From positions 1-64,000 of the forward strand of contig JAUCBJ010000757.1 of assembly GCA_032718475.1 (NCBI GenBank): a stretch of DNA of 64,000 nucleotides. The letters are read 5' to 3'. The translations under genes were made by a program, and so were the position numbers. The DNA is from Nemertoderma westbladi. Lineage: Eukaryota; Animalia; Xenacoelomorpha. The notes under the pieces are model-generated. The model was given only the letters and a program-made list of their open reading frames with translations, made no database searches and had not been told where the DNA came from. This document shows, in pieces, positions 36,801 to 48,230 of the stretch (the first letter of the stretch is position 1; every line of letters begins with the position of its first letter).

Positions 36801-37050
36801 GAATATCTGTTTTTGGACTCTGAATTCATTTGCGGTATCAGTTTCAATGTTTGGCAGCAATTTTACAGTTTGTACGTCTGTCCGTTTATCTGTCAATATG
36901 TCAGTCAAAATATATTTTAACACACCGCAAAACAAAAAAATTCGATACGTGCTTTTTATTGTTCTCTGATTTCATTCCAATATCAATTATCATGTTTTAT
37001 GTCACCTTGACTGTTTGACTGTCAAAATATCATATATCACCCTACAAAGC
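30860..37050. repeat. 146-147-bp satellite, block B (~42 monomers) with higher-order repeats
   Basis: Period 146 (e.g. 32421 to 32567); repeated ORF-track translations show offsets of 293, 565, 1295 and 1595 bp. Confidence 0.95.
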
Positions 37051-37059
37051 AAGTTTTCT

Positions 37060-37570
37060 GGGACCGAATTGTCTGGGACCGAATTGTCTGGGACCGAATT
37101 GTCCGGTACCGAATTGTTCGGGACCGAATTGTCCTAGGACCGAATTTTCTGGGACCGAATTTTCTGGGACCGAATTGTCTGGGACCGAATTGTCCGGTAC
37201 CGAATTGTCCGGGAACGAATTCTCCTAGGACCGAATTTTCTGGGACCGAATTGTCTGGGACCGAATTGTCCGGTACCGAATAGTATCTTGATAGAAATAT
37301 AATTCGGACCAAAAACAATTTAATATGAAAATTGAATTACAAATATTTATATACGTAGTTAGCATAATATTAATATGTATAAATTCAAGAATAAAAACGT
37401 ATTAAATAAGTTAAATTAAATTAAATTTAATTTAATTTGGTCCTGGAAAATTCGGTCCCATTAAATATGTATGTTATGGGACCGAATTTTCTAAGTCAGT
37501 ATCCGGTCAATTAGGTCCCAAAACACTAAATTAAAGGGACCGAATTGACCGGGATTGAATTGTCCTGATT
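37060..37570. repeat. 15-bp tandem repeat GGGACCGAATTGTCY (~15 copies plus a second cluster); probable end of a non-autonomous DNA transposon
   Basis: Tandem copies at 37060-37280; scattered direct and inverted copies at 37440-37570; interrupts a degenerate satellite monomer. Confidence 0.75.
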
Positions 37571-39103
37571 CAATTTTCTTGGTGTCTGTCTTATTTTCGA
37601 TATCATTTTTCATGTTTGGTGGCATCTCAACTGTCAGTCTGTCTGTCCGTTTGTCTGTCAATCCGTATATTAAAAGATATTATATCGCACCACATAGTTA
37701 AAATCTTATGAGGTTTACCTGGTCTCGGATTTCATTTCCGATGTTAGCATTATTGATTGGCTGCAATGAAACTGTTTATATGTTATGTCAGTATTGATGT
37801 TCAGACAGACAAAAAATTTCGTCCAGGAAATCCCATATAATGGCGAATATTTTAGAACAACGTCGTCGTTGTTCTATTTTAGATTGTTGGTATGCCGTCT
37901 AACATTTTGATGGACAAACCAACATGATGGACATGAAAAGACAGCTAGCTAGCTACAGTATTATAACTCGAGAAATAAAAGATATGTCGTCAGGCCATTT
38001 TCACCTACCTATGACACTGTCATTAATTTAACATTAACATTTATTTGTCTAAAAAGGTTAAACCTCTTAAGCAAAAAAAATTTGGCATAGAAACCCATAA
38101 TTTCAATTCTCTTTCAATTTGTTTGAAATATGATTGTAGAAATATTTTGTCAAATTTTTCATGAAAATCTTAAGAGACACGAACAAAGATAAAATAAATC
38201 ATACAGCCAGCTATAAAGTCCATCTATTACCTGATTGCTTATGGCTGCATGTTTTATTTTACCATTTAATTTGCAGCCATAAGCCCACAGTGGGCGCAAA
38301 TGGCCTTATGGCTGCAGGGTAAATTATTACCATGCAGCCATAAGTCATTTAAAAAAAATAAAAGTTTCAGCTAAATATATAATATAACATAATTTATATA
38401 GCCAATTGTGCCAGATATATGGTTCCTCCAATTCCCTATCGGGAAATATTAAGCCATAAGGCCGGTCATTTCTTATGGCTGCATGTGACCATAAGGCCAT
38501 TTTTGTGACCATAAGGCCATTGTCTTATATATGATGCAGCCATAAGACTTTACCCAATCGGGTAAAACCGGCATTATGGCTGCATGTGAGATACATATAT
38601 ATATATATATATAGTGTATATATATATTGTTAATTAATATTTATTTATTATTAGATCTACCATAAATTGTTAAAAACAAGAATAATTCAATTTAATAATT
38701 TAATTTTGTTGAAATTTGACTCAGCCAACACGCAGGCCAAGCTCCAGTCCTTCGTCCCATCACCCGGCTACTAGAGAGTCAAAGCAAGGGATCCTCATAC
38801 TTTGGATTGTAGTCCTTTGATTTTAGTCTCTTAGACAGAGTCTAAGAATCATTGAACGTATGAGAGGCATCAACATTAACTATCGCAATATTAAAAGACA
38901 CCACCCACAGTGTCATGTTCACGTTTGGCCGTAGGCCACCTCAACGAGATGTTACTGTACTGCACCTTTTGTCTGGGACGGATTGAATGGCAGACATCAT
39001 CATTGCCTTCCGGGGCAACACTACTCACTCACAGCTAAGGTTGAGGCAAGATGAGCGCGCCTTAACTGGCAATATTTAATATAAGTAATTCTTGTTCTTA
39101 CAG

Positions 39104-39263
39104 ATGTAGAAGAAGTGTCTGCTGGTGGTAGTTGTTCAGCGTCATCAGAACACAGTTCGGGGTATGTATGTTCTAATGCTCTCAATGATAATGGAAATGA
39201 TTGGGCTACAAAAGGACAGAAGTGGTACGAGATAGCATTAAATGGTACCAAAACAATAACTAG
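39104..39263 (+). CDS. Host gene exon: F5/8 type C (discoidin)-like domain, part 1
   Basis: TTCTTACAG|...|GTTAGT, phase 1-2; CSASSEHSSGYVCSNALNDNGNDWATKGQKWYEIAL...TIT; in frame with the FN2 exon. Confidence 0.85.
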
Positions 39264-39831
39264 GTTAGTATTAGTGGTAGCTTTACTACATAATTGTATA
39301 CAATAATCAATAATGATTAATGAAAAATAATGATTAATGTATCTGTTCATTATTTGGCTATCCACTATAGGTATACAACCTCACCTTGAAAATAGGCTGA
39401 CTACTATCTTTTGCTGCGCCACAATCTGAGTCACGTGAATCCCAATCTGAATCCGTGCCTTCCCTTCAACGGTATCACCATCACCATATGTGACTCCAAC
39501 CTCCAACGGTACCACCAAATGTGCTTTCAGCATCATTAGGGCTTTAGCTCAATGGACGAAACTATTGAATCTTCCAGGTTTACATGGGACAGATAGACTG
39601 GAATTGTTGCTGGGACCTGCCCCCCCCCCCCCCACCCCCGTTACTCATCAAACTGCAGCGCAAAGCATTACTGGAGGACTTTATCACATTACTAACGGCA
39701 CAGAAACCACAGGGGCAACGGGGGGGGGGGGGGGGGGGGCAAACCCAGCAGGGGTGCCCTCAACATTTAGCCGCTACGTATCAATATTCAATAGGGTTGG
39801 TGTACAAAAAAGTTGTTAGGCTAGAAACAAT

Positions 39832-40051
39832 TGAATAATAATAGAGTATTTATATTTGGTAAAGCAGGCGCCCTTACAAAGCCAGGTTCCCATTATACTG
39901 ATGGGTTGGTGTGTAGGCACTATTAATGTCTAAAGTGTCTGTCTTGCCTCAGTGCGAAATTTCTACATCCTTTAGTCGGATTCGAACCTGCGCCACCAAA
40001 CACTATTATGTAAGCAGTTCAGGCGCTGTATCCACTCGGACACTGCGACAC
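39832..40051 (-). mobile_element. tRNA-derived SINE with CORE-like body
   Basis: Minus strand: A box TGTCCGAGTGG, B box GGTTCGAATCC, body CTGAGGCAAGAC...CAGTATAATGGG, (ATT)n tail. Confidence 0.7.
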
Positions 40052-41871
40052 TTAAGGGGTAACACGGAGGCCTGAATCGAATGTTTATTGTAAAAAACAG
40101 GGACTGACATCGAATCGAATCGAAAGCAATTTTTCGTCTTCGATTTCCCATATATTTTTCGATTCGATTTCGATTCGACTCAGGTAAAAATTTTCGACTT
40201 CGATAAGATCATTCGACCTTTGAATATTAACTTAATTATTTATCATTAAATATAGATTATAAATTTTATTATTAAATTGTTACTTTGAATTGGAACTTCT
40301 TAAATTTAATCACAATGGAGTCGAAGTAGAAAAGGTTTGCAAGTACTGTAATTAGTGCAAAATCCATTCACACCACAAAACTTATTGTAACTTTTTTTGT
40401 GTTGTGTGCACGGTGTACACCAAATCATATTCAATATCAAATATTAGTTTATGTACGAAGTTAAGCGGTTCTCTAATCACGTAATAAATATTCGAGAACA
40501 CTAATTTATTTAACATTGAGTAAGGGTAGGCAGCATCAGGAGTTGAAGAGTACAATAATTTTAATTGCGCAACCATGGAAGCAATATAGTAAAATACTAC
40601 AGTTCAATTTATTTTGAACACTATTTTGTTCTATCATTTATTAAAGAATTGAGCAACAAAAAGTACCAATTTACTAATACGATTACGTATTACATGGGAA
40701 AAAAACGTAAAAAATTATTAAAAATATCTATAAAATGTGCCTACCTCGAGAATAGTGGAAATAAGTTGTACTTTTTTTCTCTTGTAATAAATAATTATTA
40801 TTTTTATATTTTACTGTTGGCCAAAGTATGCCAAAAAATAATATGTATGTAGATGTACAATATTCCATTAGGGACCAGGGGGTGGGGTGCATACCCGACA
40901 AGATTGTAGCAGAGCACGGGTGAGTACAAAACAAAGACTCAAAATCTGTACAAAAACCTGTGTTAAACAATAAATGAAAGTAACATTTATTGTTTTGGTT
41001 CCCCCAACACGCCTAACGCTTAGCTTAGCTTAGCTTAGCTCTTTGTTTTGTACAGAGAGTCTTGGGTCTGAGAGACTAGCTTCGGAAGTCCTGGATTTCT
41101 ATTCTTCAAGCTGTGGTATATTACAGTAGGCCCCCCTCACACGTAGCAAATAATTATTTCTGCAATTGGTTTCTGAAACTTGATGTTGGACTCCTCACAC
41201 GCGGTAAACTTTTTGCTCAAAAAATAACATTATTTCTAAATAAATAGTTAACATGTCCGCTCACACACGGGAAACTTGTTGCTCAAGAAAATAACAATTA
41301 TTTAATAACTATTTACATCATTGTGTGCAAAGTAGCACTTTGCAGCGTTATGAGCCGAGTTTATTTATTATTATTATTATTAATACACACTCATCTTTAA
41401 TTAAATACAAACAGTGAATAAAAACAATAGGCCTACACCATCGGTTATGTACCGAGCGAGCGCAGCGAGGGAGGTTTACATAAATAAACAAGGGTTTTTA
41501 ACGCTGAAAAGTTACCTTTGCAAGCAATGATGTATGTAATTTTGTTACATTATGTCAACTTATCAGCGTTCGGTATGTGAAGAAAGGATTTTATGATTTA
41601 TACATTTTAATCATGTACTATATCGAATATAAGTGAAATTTATTAACAGGTACACAGTATTAATTATACATTTAAATCTAATTAAAGTTTATTGGAAGTA
41701 ATCTCCTCAATGGATGTGATAAATCATTAATCCATCTTGACTATAGTCGACTGAAGCAAACTTAGTCACCGTCTGTGTCCGTTCAATTTTACTGAACACT
41801 GTCGCCATTTTCTTTGCTCATTTTTTCTAAAGTGACTTCTATTGGATATTTCGCCATAATGGCGAAATGTA

Positions 41872-42100
41872 ATCCACCACTCCCACCTCCATGGCTCGCC
41901 CCACTCACCTCGTTCAAGGCGTCCACCCCCATGGCTCGCCCCACTCACCTCGTTCAAGTCCTCCGCCACTCCCACCTCCATGGCTCGCCCCACTCACCTC
42001 GTTCAAAGCGTCCCCCACTCTCACCTCCATGGCTCGCCCCATTCACCTCGTTCAAGGCCTCCTCCACTCCCACCTCCATGGCTCGCTCCACTCACCTAGC
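41872..42100. repeat. C-rich minisatellite, ~43-55 bp x 5
   Basis: CCATGGCTCGCCCCACTCACCTCGTTCAAG recurs 5 times. Confidence 0.85.
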
Positions 42101-42495
42101 TAGTCCCGTCACTGCAAACTGGATAATAAAGCAGCACTCATTAACATAAATGGAAATAATGCATTCTAGAATACGGTAATTGAAGTTGTTTCCATGTTAT
42201 TAATTACTTTGCAGCGTTCCGTCCTATAGGCCGTAACGCTGCAAAGTAGTACTTTGCAGCGTTACGAGTAATTCACCAGAACGCTGTTAAGTTGACATAA
42301 TGTAACAAAAATAAGTAGTTAACATGTCCATTCATTTATTTGTATCAAATTATCTAATATTAGCTACCGGTAGTACATAAAAATGTGATGTAATAAAAGT
42401 TTTAAAGATGGAATGGTTGCAGTGGAATATAATTATTTTATTAAAACGTTGCAGCAACTTGTTGCTGGACTCCTCACACACAGAAACTGTTGTAG

Positions 42496-42607
42496 CTTTA
42501 CGAAACCTAATCTGATTTCCACATAGCAGCCTCTCAATGGGATCCCTGATGCGATTTAATAAAATTATATTGTATAGTTTTGCAGCAATCGAGATAAATG
42601 AGATCCA
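42496..42607 (-). mobile_element. Short internal fragment of the RTE LINE family
   Basis: Translates ISIAAKLYNIILLNRIRDPIERLLCGNQIRFRK, matching the start of the 14501 ORF. Confidence 0.85.
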
Positions 42608-43123
42608 TGTAATACGGCAATAGAATGAGCAGTACCGTAAAGTGGGGCTACTTTGAACAGGTGGGGAAACTTTGAACATGGCAGATTCACATTTTCGATT
42701 CAATAAATTTTACAAAAAAATAAAATGTAACCAATACAGCTTTTAGGTCTCGCACCAGCGTACTGAAACTGTCTAATAGGCATCTAGGGTAGAGTGGTAG
42801 TTATTAGGCCTACGCCTACTTTACGTAGGCGTACCTTATATATGTTCAAACAAACAGTATAAAGTTGCTTTACTTGGCAGGTACTGTATCTACTACGGTA
42901 CAACATATAAATAAGGTTTACAAAGGAATACAAACAATAAAATATGGGAAAAGGTTAAAACAGTCAGACATCCTATCCTTGTAAATACAACCTATAGATT
43001 AGTAGGTACTTTTAGATAGCTGTAATGAATCTACTCAGAGAATTAAAATGGACCAAAATTAGTAAAAAAGCATTATAAACAATGAAAATGGGAGAAGGAT
43101 TCACTTTCTAACCCTAATTGCAG

Positions 43124-43255
43124 ATTAGATTATCAGCAAAGAGTTACAGGAAATTGCAGCGGTGGACATTGCGAAAACAACAAAGACATCACATTAACTT
43201 TCTATAAAGATGGCAGCATATCAGAAACAAGACACATTATATTGATGAATGACAG
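43124..43255 (+). CDS. Host gene exon: F5/8C-like domain, part 2
   Basis: CCCTAATTGCAG|...|GTTTGC, 132 nt, phase 2-2; (R)LDYQQRVTGNCSGGHCENNKDITLTFYKDGSISETRHIILMND. Confidence 0.8.
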
Positions 43256-43988
43256 GTTTGCATTCCATTAATTAAAACGATACGTATGGATTGAACTTTA
43301 TTTTTAATGGACATATCTCTTTTTACTGTGGTTGGCCCAAATTTACTGCCTGTGTCCTTTAATTAAGAGACGTCTTACGAAAGTCATGGAGTGTCCACTG
43401 TCCACCTTGCTTATTTATTCCATGACGCTACCAAATCACAAGATCACAAGATTGTGCTCAGGCTGGTCGTCACAGCAAAAGCAATGTCCTGCGAAGCAGA
43501 GGCGGCTTTTCCAAAGTCTCAAGCTGGGGGGACCAATGGGACACCTGCAATATTATAGTCTGGTTAAAGATGTGCACTTACCTTTCTGATATTGAGAACT
43601 AATGTGATATATGTAGGTATGTCATTGGTACTCATAAATTAATGTATAGGTGCTATCTGTATGTTTTGAATAACAAATGGATGCTGTACCATTTTAAATA
43701 TTATGATGAAACATTTTCTCTATTACGCATTTACTTACTCTCTATGACATTGTCATATTGCCAATAGCCGAAATGTACTGGTTTTTGTCCATCGTGCATT
43801 GATGTTCTGTGTGATACCCAGTTTTACTATAGACATTGAATCATTTTGAAATGGGACTCTTTGAAAGGGTTATACTGTAATATATTTTTCTTGGATAACA
43901 TATGCTAAATTGTGTCATGCATTGCTATTCATCAAAACGATACAATTCAGCTTTGACAATTTACATTATAAATTACTATTACTTGCAG

Positions 43989-44119
43989 AGAAAATCGAAA
44001 TTACCCGATAAACCCACCAGTGAAGGGAGTAAGGAAGGTGAGAATAACTGTAGACAGTGCCTATGGGACAGCAAACAATGGCGCTCAATATATTGCTTAC
44101 TATGGTTACAATGAAAAAG
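43989..44119 (+). CDS. Host gene exon: F5/8C-like domain, part 3
   Basis: TACTTGCAG|...|GTGGGT, phase 2-1; (R)ENRNYPINPPVKGVRKVRITVDSAYGTANNGAQYIAYYG, which completes the domain. Confidence 0.8.
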
Positions 44120-44394
44120 GTGGGTAATTAACAGATATTGTTTGTTTATTGAACAGGGTGGATTTGTTCATGTTCAGTATGTACAGGATGTTCTTTTCAA
44201 ATTTCTATATGCACGATGTTTCTCATTGGCCCGAAAAATAAAGGCCTTCAGTCTAAAGAATCGACTTAAAACATAGAAGGATCAACCGCCTTTCGACTGA
44301 GGCAAGTGATGGTCTGATGCACCTGCGTCTGTGGGAGCCACTGTCACATGGTGGTATGAAGAAATCAGCCATCAAAGCTGAATTAAGCAAAGCG

Positions 44395-45202
44395 CTTAAT
44401 TATGCAATGCTCCTCGTTCACTCCTACCAAATTTCAGATGAATCTGATGGTAGGTTCTATAATTACACAGCTACTTCTACGTTTCTGTCAATTCGCCTCC
44501 CTAGCGGCAGACAGGTGAACTTTAAAGTCTGTCTGTGTGTATCATTTCTACTTAAGCAACGGCGATAACTGCCCGTTGAAGACATGGGAACTTGAAAGTC
44601 TAACCGTACAGTACATAAAATATGTTCAAACAAAAATAATGTTTATTAAAATCTACATTATTTTCGTTTTAGGTTAACTGAGGTAAATATTACATTGCAT
44701 GTCTTAGAAATCATGTTACTATTCATGTAATTTTTTGAGAAAGTTTGACTGGCCCATTTGATTCAAAATTGATTTATTAAATTAAATGAACGGGAAAAGG
44801 GCCACCTTTACTATCATAAAGAATGAGATGATTTACATTAGGGCCACAAATATACATCTTTTACAGTGGCCTTTTGCATCCAAATTGATCTTACCAATAA
44901 ACTGAGTTGAAAAAGCGCCAGAATGAAATACAATGAGCTTAACAGCATTAGGGCCATACTGTAGCGCCATGGAGATATTTATGGACAAGGCTCTTTAGAG
45001 CTAGAATTTAGTAACGAATAACGAACATAAGAACTATAAAAGTCCGTCTAGGCATATAATTTATAATTATGCAATGCTCCTCGTTCACTCCTACCAAATT
45101 TCAGATGGAATCTGATGGTTGGTTCTATAATTACACAGCTACTTCTACGATTCTGTCAATTCGCCCCCCTAGCGGCGTACAGGGGAACTTTAAAGTCTGT
45201 CT
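44395..45202. repeat. Dispersed ~135-bp duplication (about 44397-44534 and 45064-45202)
   Basis: TAATTATGCAATGCTCCTCGTTCACTCCTACCAAATTTCAGATG...CTTTAAAGTCTGTCTG occurs twice; probably internal repeats of a non-autonomous element. Confidence 0.75.
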
Positions 45203-45274
45203 GAATTTAGAATTTCTAAATAAACAATGCTTGTAGGTGTAGGTCACTCTTACCAAATTTCAAGAAGATATATC

Positions 45275-46087
45275 ATTCATTCATTATTATTTAATCAAAT
45301 AAAATTGACATATTGAAAAATACACATTAAAATACCCTTTACAGTTAAGGTCAAATAGTCACGTTATTTACATAGAGATATGATGTGATTTCAAGATAGC
45401 AGAATATACTTCTAGGACGCGTACAAACTGTGAGTCACAATAAAGTAAAAAAAAAACATTGGTTTTGTGAGATCTAATTAAAATTATATCGACGATATGA
45501 ACTAAATTATACGCAATTAGTCCGTTTATCGAACTCAAATATTGTAAAAATCTGTTATGCGTTTGTGCTTGGCTCTAAAAGTAAGCCCTGGCAGTTCGTA
45601 ACATTGTCGTATGTACTGTCCTTCCTCTAGGTGGCGTAGTGAGGTGGCTGGCTCAGATAGTCTGGCGAATAGGTTATTTGTATTGTATTTGTAGTTACAG
45701 AGTTACCCAATCGTGGGTAGACCATAATTAGCGACAGCTTTACTGTACACGCTTCCTAATCCTTGATAATATGAACGTTGGTTCGATTGTAACGTGATGC
45801 GAAGTGATTCCTGAAGATTCGTGTTGGGACAGTTGAGAGACCGAAGCACTGTCCCCAGACATGACTTATACGCCTCTAGCGAGAGTGTTCCGGTCCCAAA
45901 GAGGTGATTTAAGGTGTCATTTGATACATAACATCCAACGTGAAGAATTCCTCGCAGATGTTTCCTATAATAAATTTCCACCATATCAGTATCTTTCTTA
46001 GATAGTTCGCCAATGCGGAATTTCAGTCTGTACAATAGGGACGACAATCCAACAGACCGCCATAACAGAGCCACAATCCGTACAGGG
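45275..46087 (-). mobile_element. 3' fragment of a LINE (RT thumb/C-terminal region)
   Basis: ORF 45703-46074 (LLWRSVGLSSLLY...YYRKHLRGILHVG...SND...LFG) resembles the post-RT region of LINEs; it is cut by the LTR at 46088. Clade and 3' boundary are uncertain. Confidence 0.6.
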
Positions 46088-47325
46088 TGTAAAAGCCTTT
46101 GCTGAATTGCCCCGTTATTTTTATTATCTTTTACATTAAAATACTCTGTAGTTGATTTAATAAGTGTAAGAGACCGTATTATTGCTGTATCGGTGTTTTT
46201 AGAGGATCTAAGACCTATTTCCTCCGTATGTGTACTGTGAAAGGCATATTTTATGATTCTATGGCAATTCGTGACGCAAAGGGGTGATAGCTACTCTTGA
46301 ACAGTAGTTACTATGACTACGGTTAACAGCTGACATTCATACGTGTTGATTTCCTTTGTTCTACGGCGTCTCTCAGTTCAGTCAGCCAATTAGAGCGTTT
46401 TTGTGGCTCCTTGTACAGAAAATTTCCGAGAAATGACGCAATGCCTATGTGCAGTGTTTACATTCAGTCCTGAGCCAAAGAAAGAACGGCTTGGAAGTAT
46501 TTTGTGCTTTACTGTTTTTAGTCTTACACTAGTAGGTTTAATTATAAAGGGCATATATCCTTTAACCTACCTGACTCATGGAATCACTGCTGACTGATCA
46601 TACATGCTGACTGCTGAAACATTGCAAACTCGTAACAATCAATGTTCAGTTGTTGTTTTATACTGCTATTTACTGTCAGTTCTTCATAATATGGTTGATG
46701 AATTATTATATTTGGAATAACGATAAATAACCCCGAAACCCAATATTCTTGATATACCGAAGGTAAGAGAGAAAGGTTACCAATAACGATTGTGACTTAT
46801 GTTAAAGTGGTTTGAAGTGAATCCAATGTTATTTGATAGACCCTACATGATTCAGTCTGTGTTCCTTTTATATGTGACTAAAATCAGTGAAGATTGGCAG
46901 ATTAGTGTGCAGTATTGTGCAGCATTGTGTATGAGTGAGTCTGTTAAAGAAGCAATTCCTAAAGAATGCGCCATATATGTGAATTATAATTAAGCCATAT
47001 CGTTGTGAGTAGTTTAAGTCATAACTCTGTTTATATAGATAAAGCGCCACGTCCTAAAGGAACTGTTAATATTCCCGAAGGTGAATAATATTGTCAGAGA
47101 TTATATAATACTGTCAGTCGAATAATACATTAGGCTTACATAGCAATAAAATTAAACCGTCGAACCCAATCTCCCAGGAATCTCCAGCGGGTGAATGGTC
47201 GCGCACGGATTGGTTTCGACTAGTGTAGTGAATCAAATACTTGTCATAGACTAAAAACAGATTTAATATCTAGAAGACATCTTAATTTGGTGGGTTAAAC
47301 TGCCAAAGGTCTGAAAGCGCGAACA
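46088..47325 (+). repeat. 5' LTR (1238 bp)
   Basis: TGTAAAAGCC...GCGCGAACA; direct repeat of 57544-58782. Confidence 0.95.
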
Positions 47326-47644
47326 TTAAAGGATATAGCTTCTTTGTTGCAGTAAGCAATAAAGTTGAAAGTACCGGTCAACCGGTACATCTGTAGGTCA
47401 GTAGGCCCAACTGCCAGAACCGGTACCAGTAGGCCTGACTACCTAACCACTCGGACCGGTACCTACAGCAGTACAGGTACAGCAGTATTATTCGATTTTG
47501 ATAGTTATATACCGGTAGGCCTTAATAATTAATCAGGGAGGGCCCGCCCTGGTTTTTTATTGAGATTTTTACTTATTTCTGTCAAGTTTTATTTATTTGT
47601 AAGCCAGTATTGAACAGAAGGCGTGTAAACCTGATCAGATTGTA

Positions 47645-48230
47645 CAGACAATTTGTAGGCTGAGCTGTTGTCTGATTGCTGTTAAGTCTGAACGGATTAC
47701 AGTGTGTGTAGAGCACTTGTCCGATTAAGTACGGTTAGGAAGTAGGGGCAGCCAATGCGGTCAGGTAAACCCCCAACTAAAGAATAAGTCGCACTACTGG
47801 GTTAGAGCGCATACTCCCTAATCATTTCGGAGTCTGCATGTCCTGTAGTTTATTTAGGCTTGAGAGTAGTCTGCCATCGTTTAGTCTGTACTTTGTTTGT
47901 GTAAGTCTGTACGGGTAGCGTATAATTTTATTTAGATAATTTGTAGGCTGGATAGTTGTCTGGCTGTTATTAGGTCTGAACGGATTGCCGTGTGTGTGGA
48001 TCATCTGTCCGATTAAGTACGATTAGGCAGTAGGGGCAGCGAAGGCTGTAAGGTAAACCCCCAACTAAAGAATAAGTCGCACTACTGGGTTAGAGCGCAT
48101 ACTCCCTAATCATTTCGGAGTCTGCATATACCGTGGTTTGTTTAGGCTTGATAGTAGTCTGTCAGTGTTCGGTCTGTATTTTGTTTGAGTAGTTTGTACG
48201 CGTAGCGTAATATTTATTATTCAGAGTTTA
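47645..48230 (+). repeat. ~290-bp tandem duplication in the BEL leader
   Basis: TTTGTAGGCTG...CCCCAACTAAAGAATAAGTCGCACTACTGGGTTAGAGCGC...GTAGCGTA occurs twice (~47652 and ~47940); it is single-copy in the decayed element. Confidence 0.85.

Noticed and set aside
28022-37318. Many 60-120-aa ORFs in the satellite and 15-bp repeat
   Set aside because: These are translations of tandem repeats on both strands with no coding signature.
39604-39765. PolyC/polyG inverted pair and overlapping ORFs
   Set aside because: Short imperfect foldback (TGCTGGG..C-run / G-run..CCCAGCA) without definable ends; the ORFs are low-complexity.
39975-40051. tRNA gene on the minus strand
   Set aside because: A and B boxes are present but there is no closing acceptor stem, and it continues into a SINE body and tail.
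41118-42500. Fragments resembling Harbinger ends (GGCCCCCCTCACACG) and Crypton-like CTTTGCAGCGTT repeats (also ~30100-30200)
   Set aside because: Too fragmentary to define termini or family by eye.
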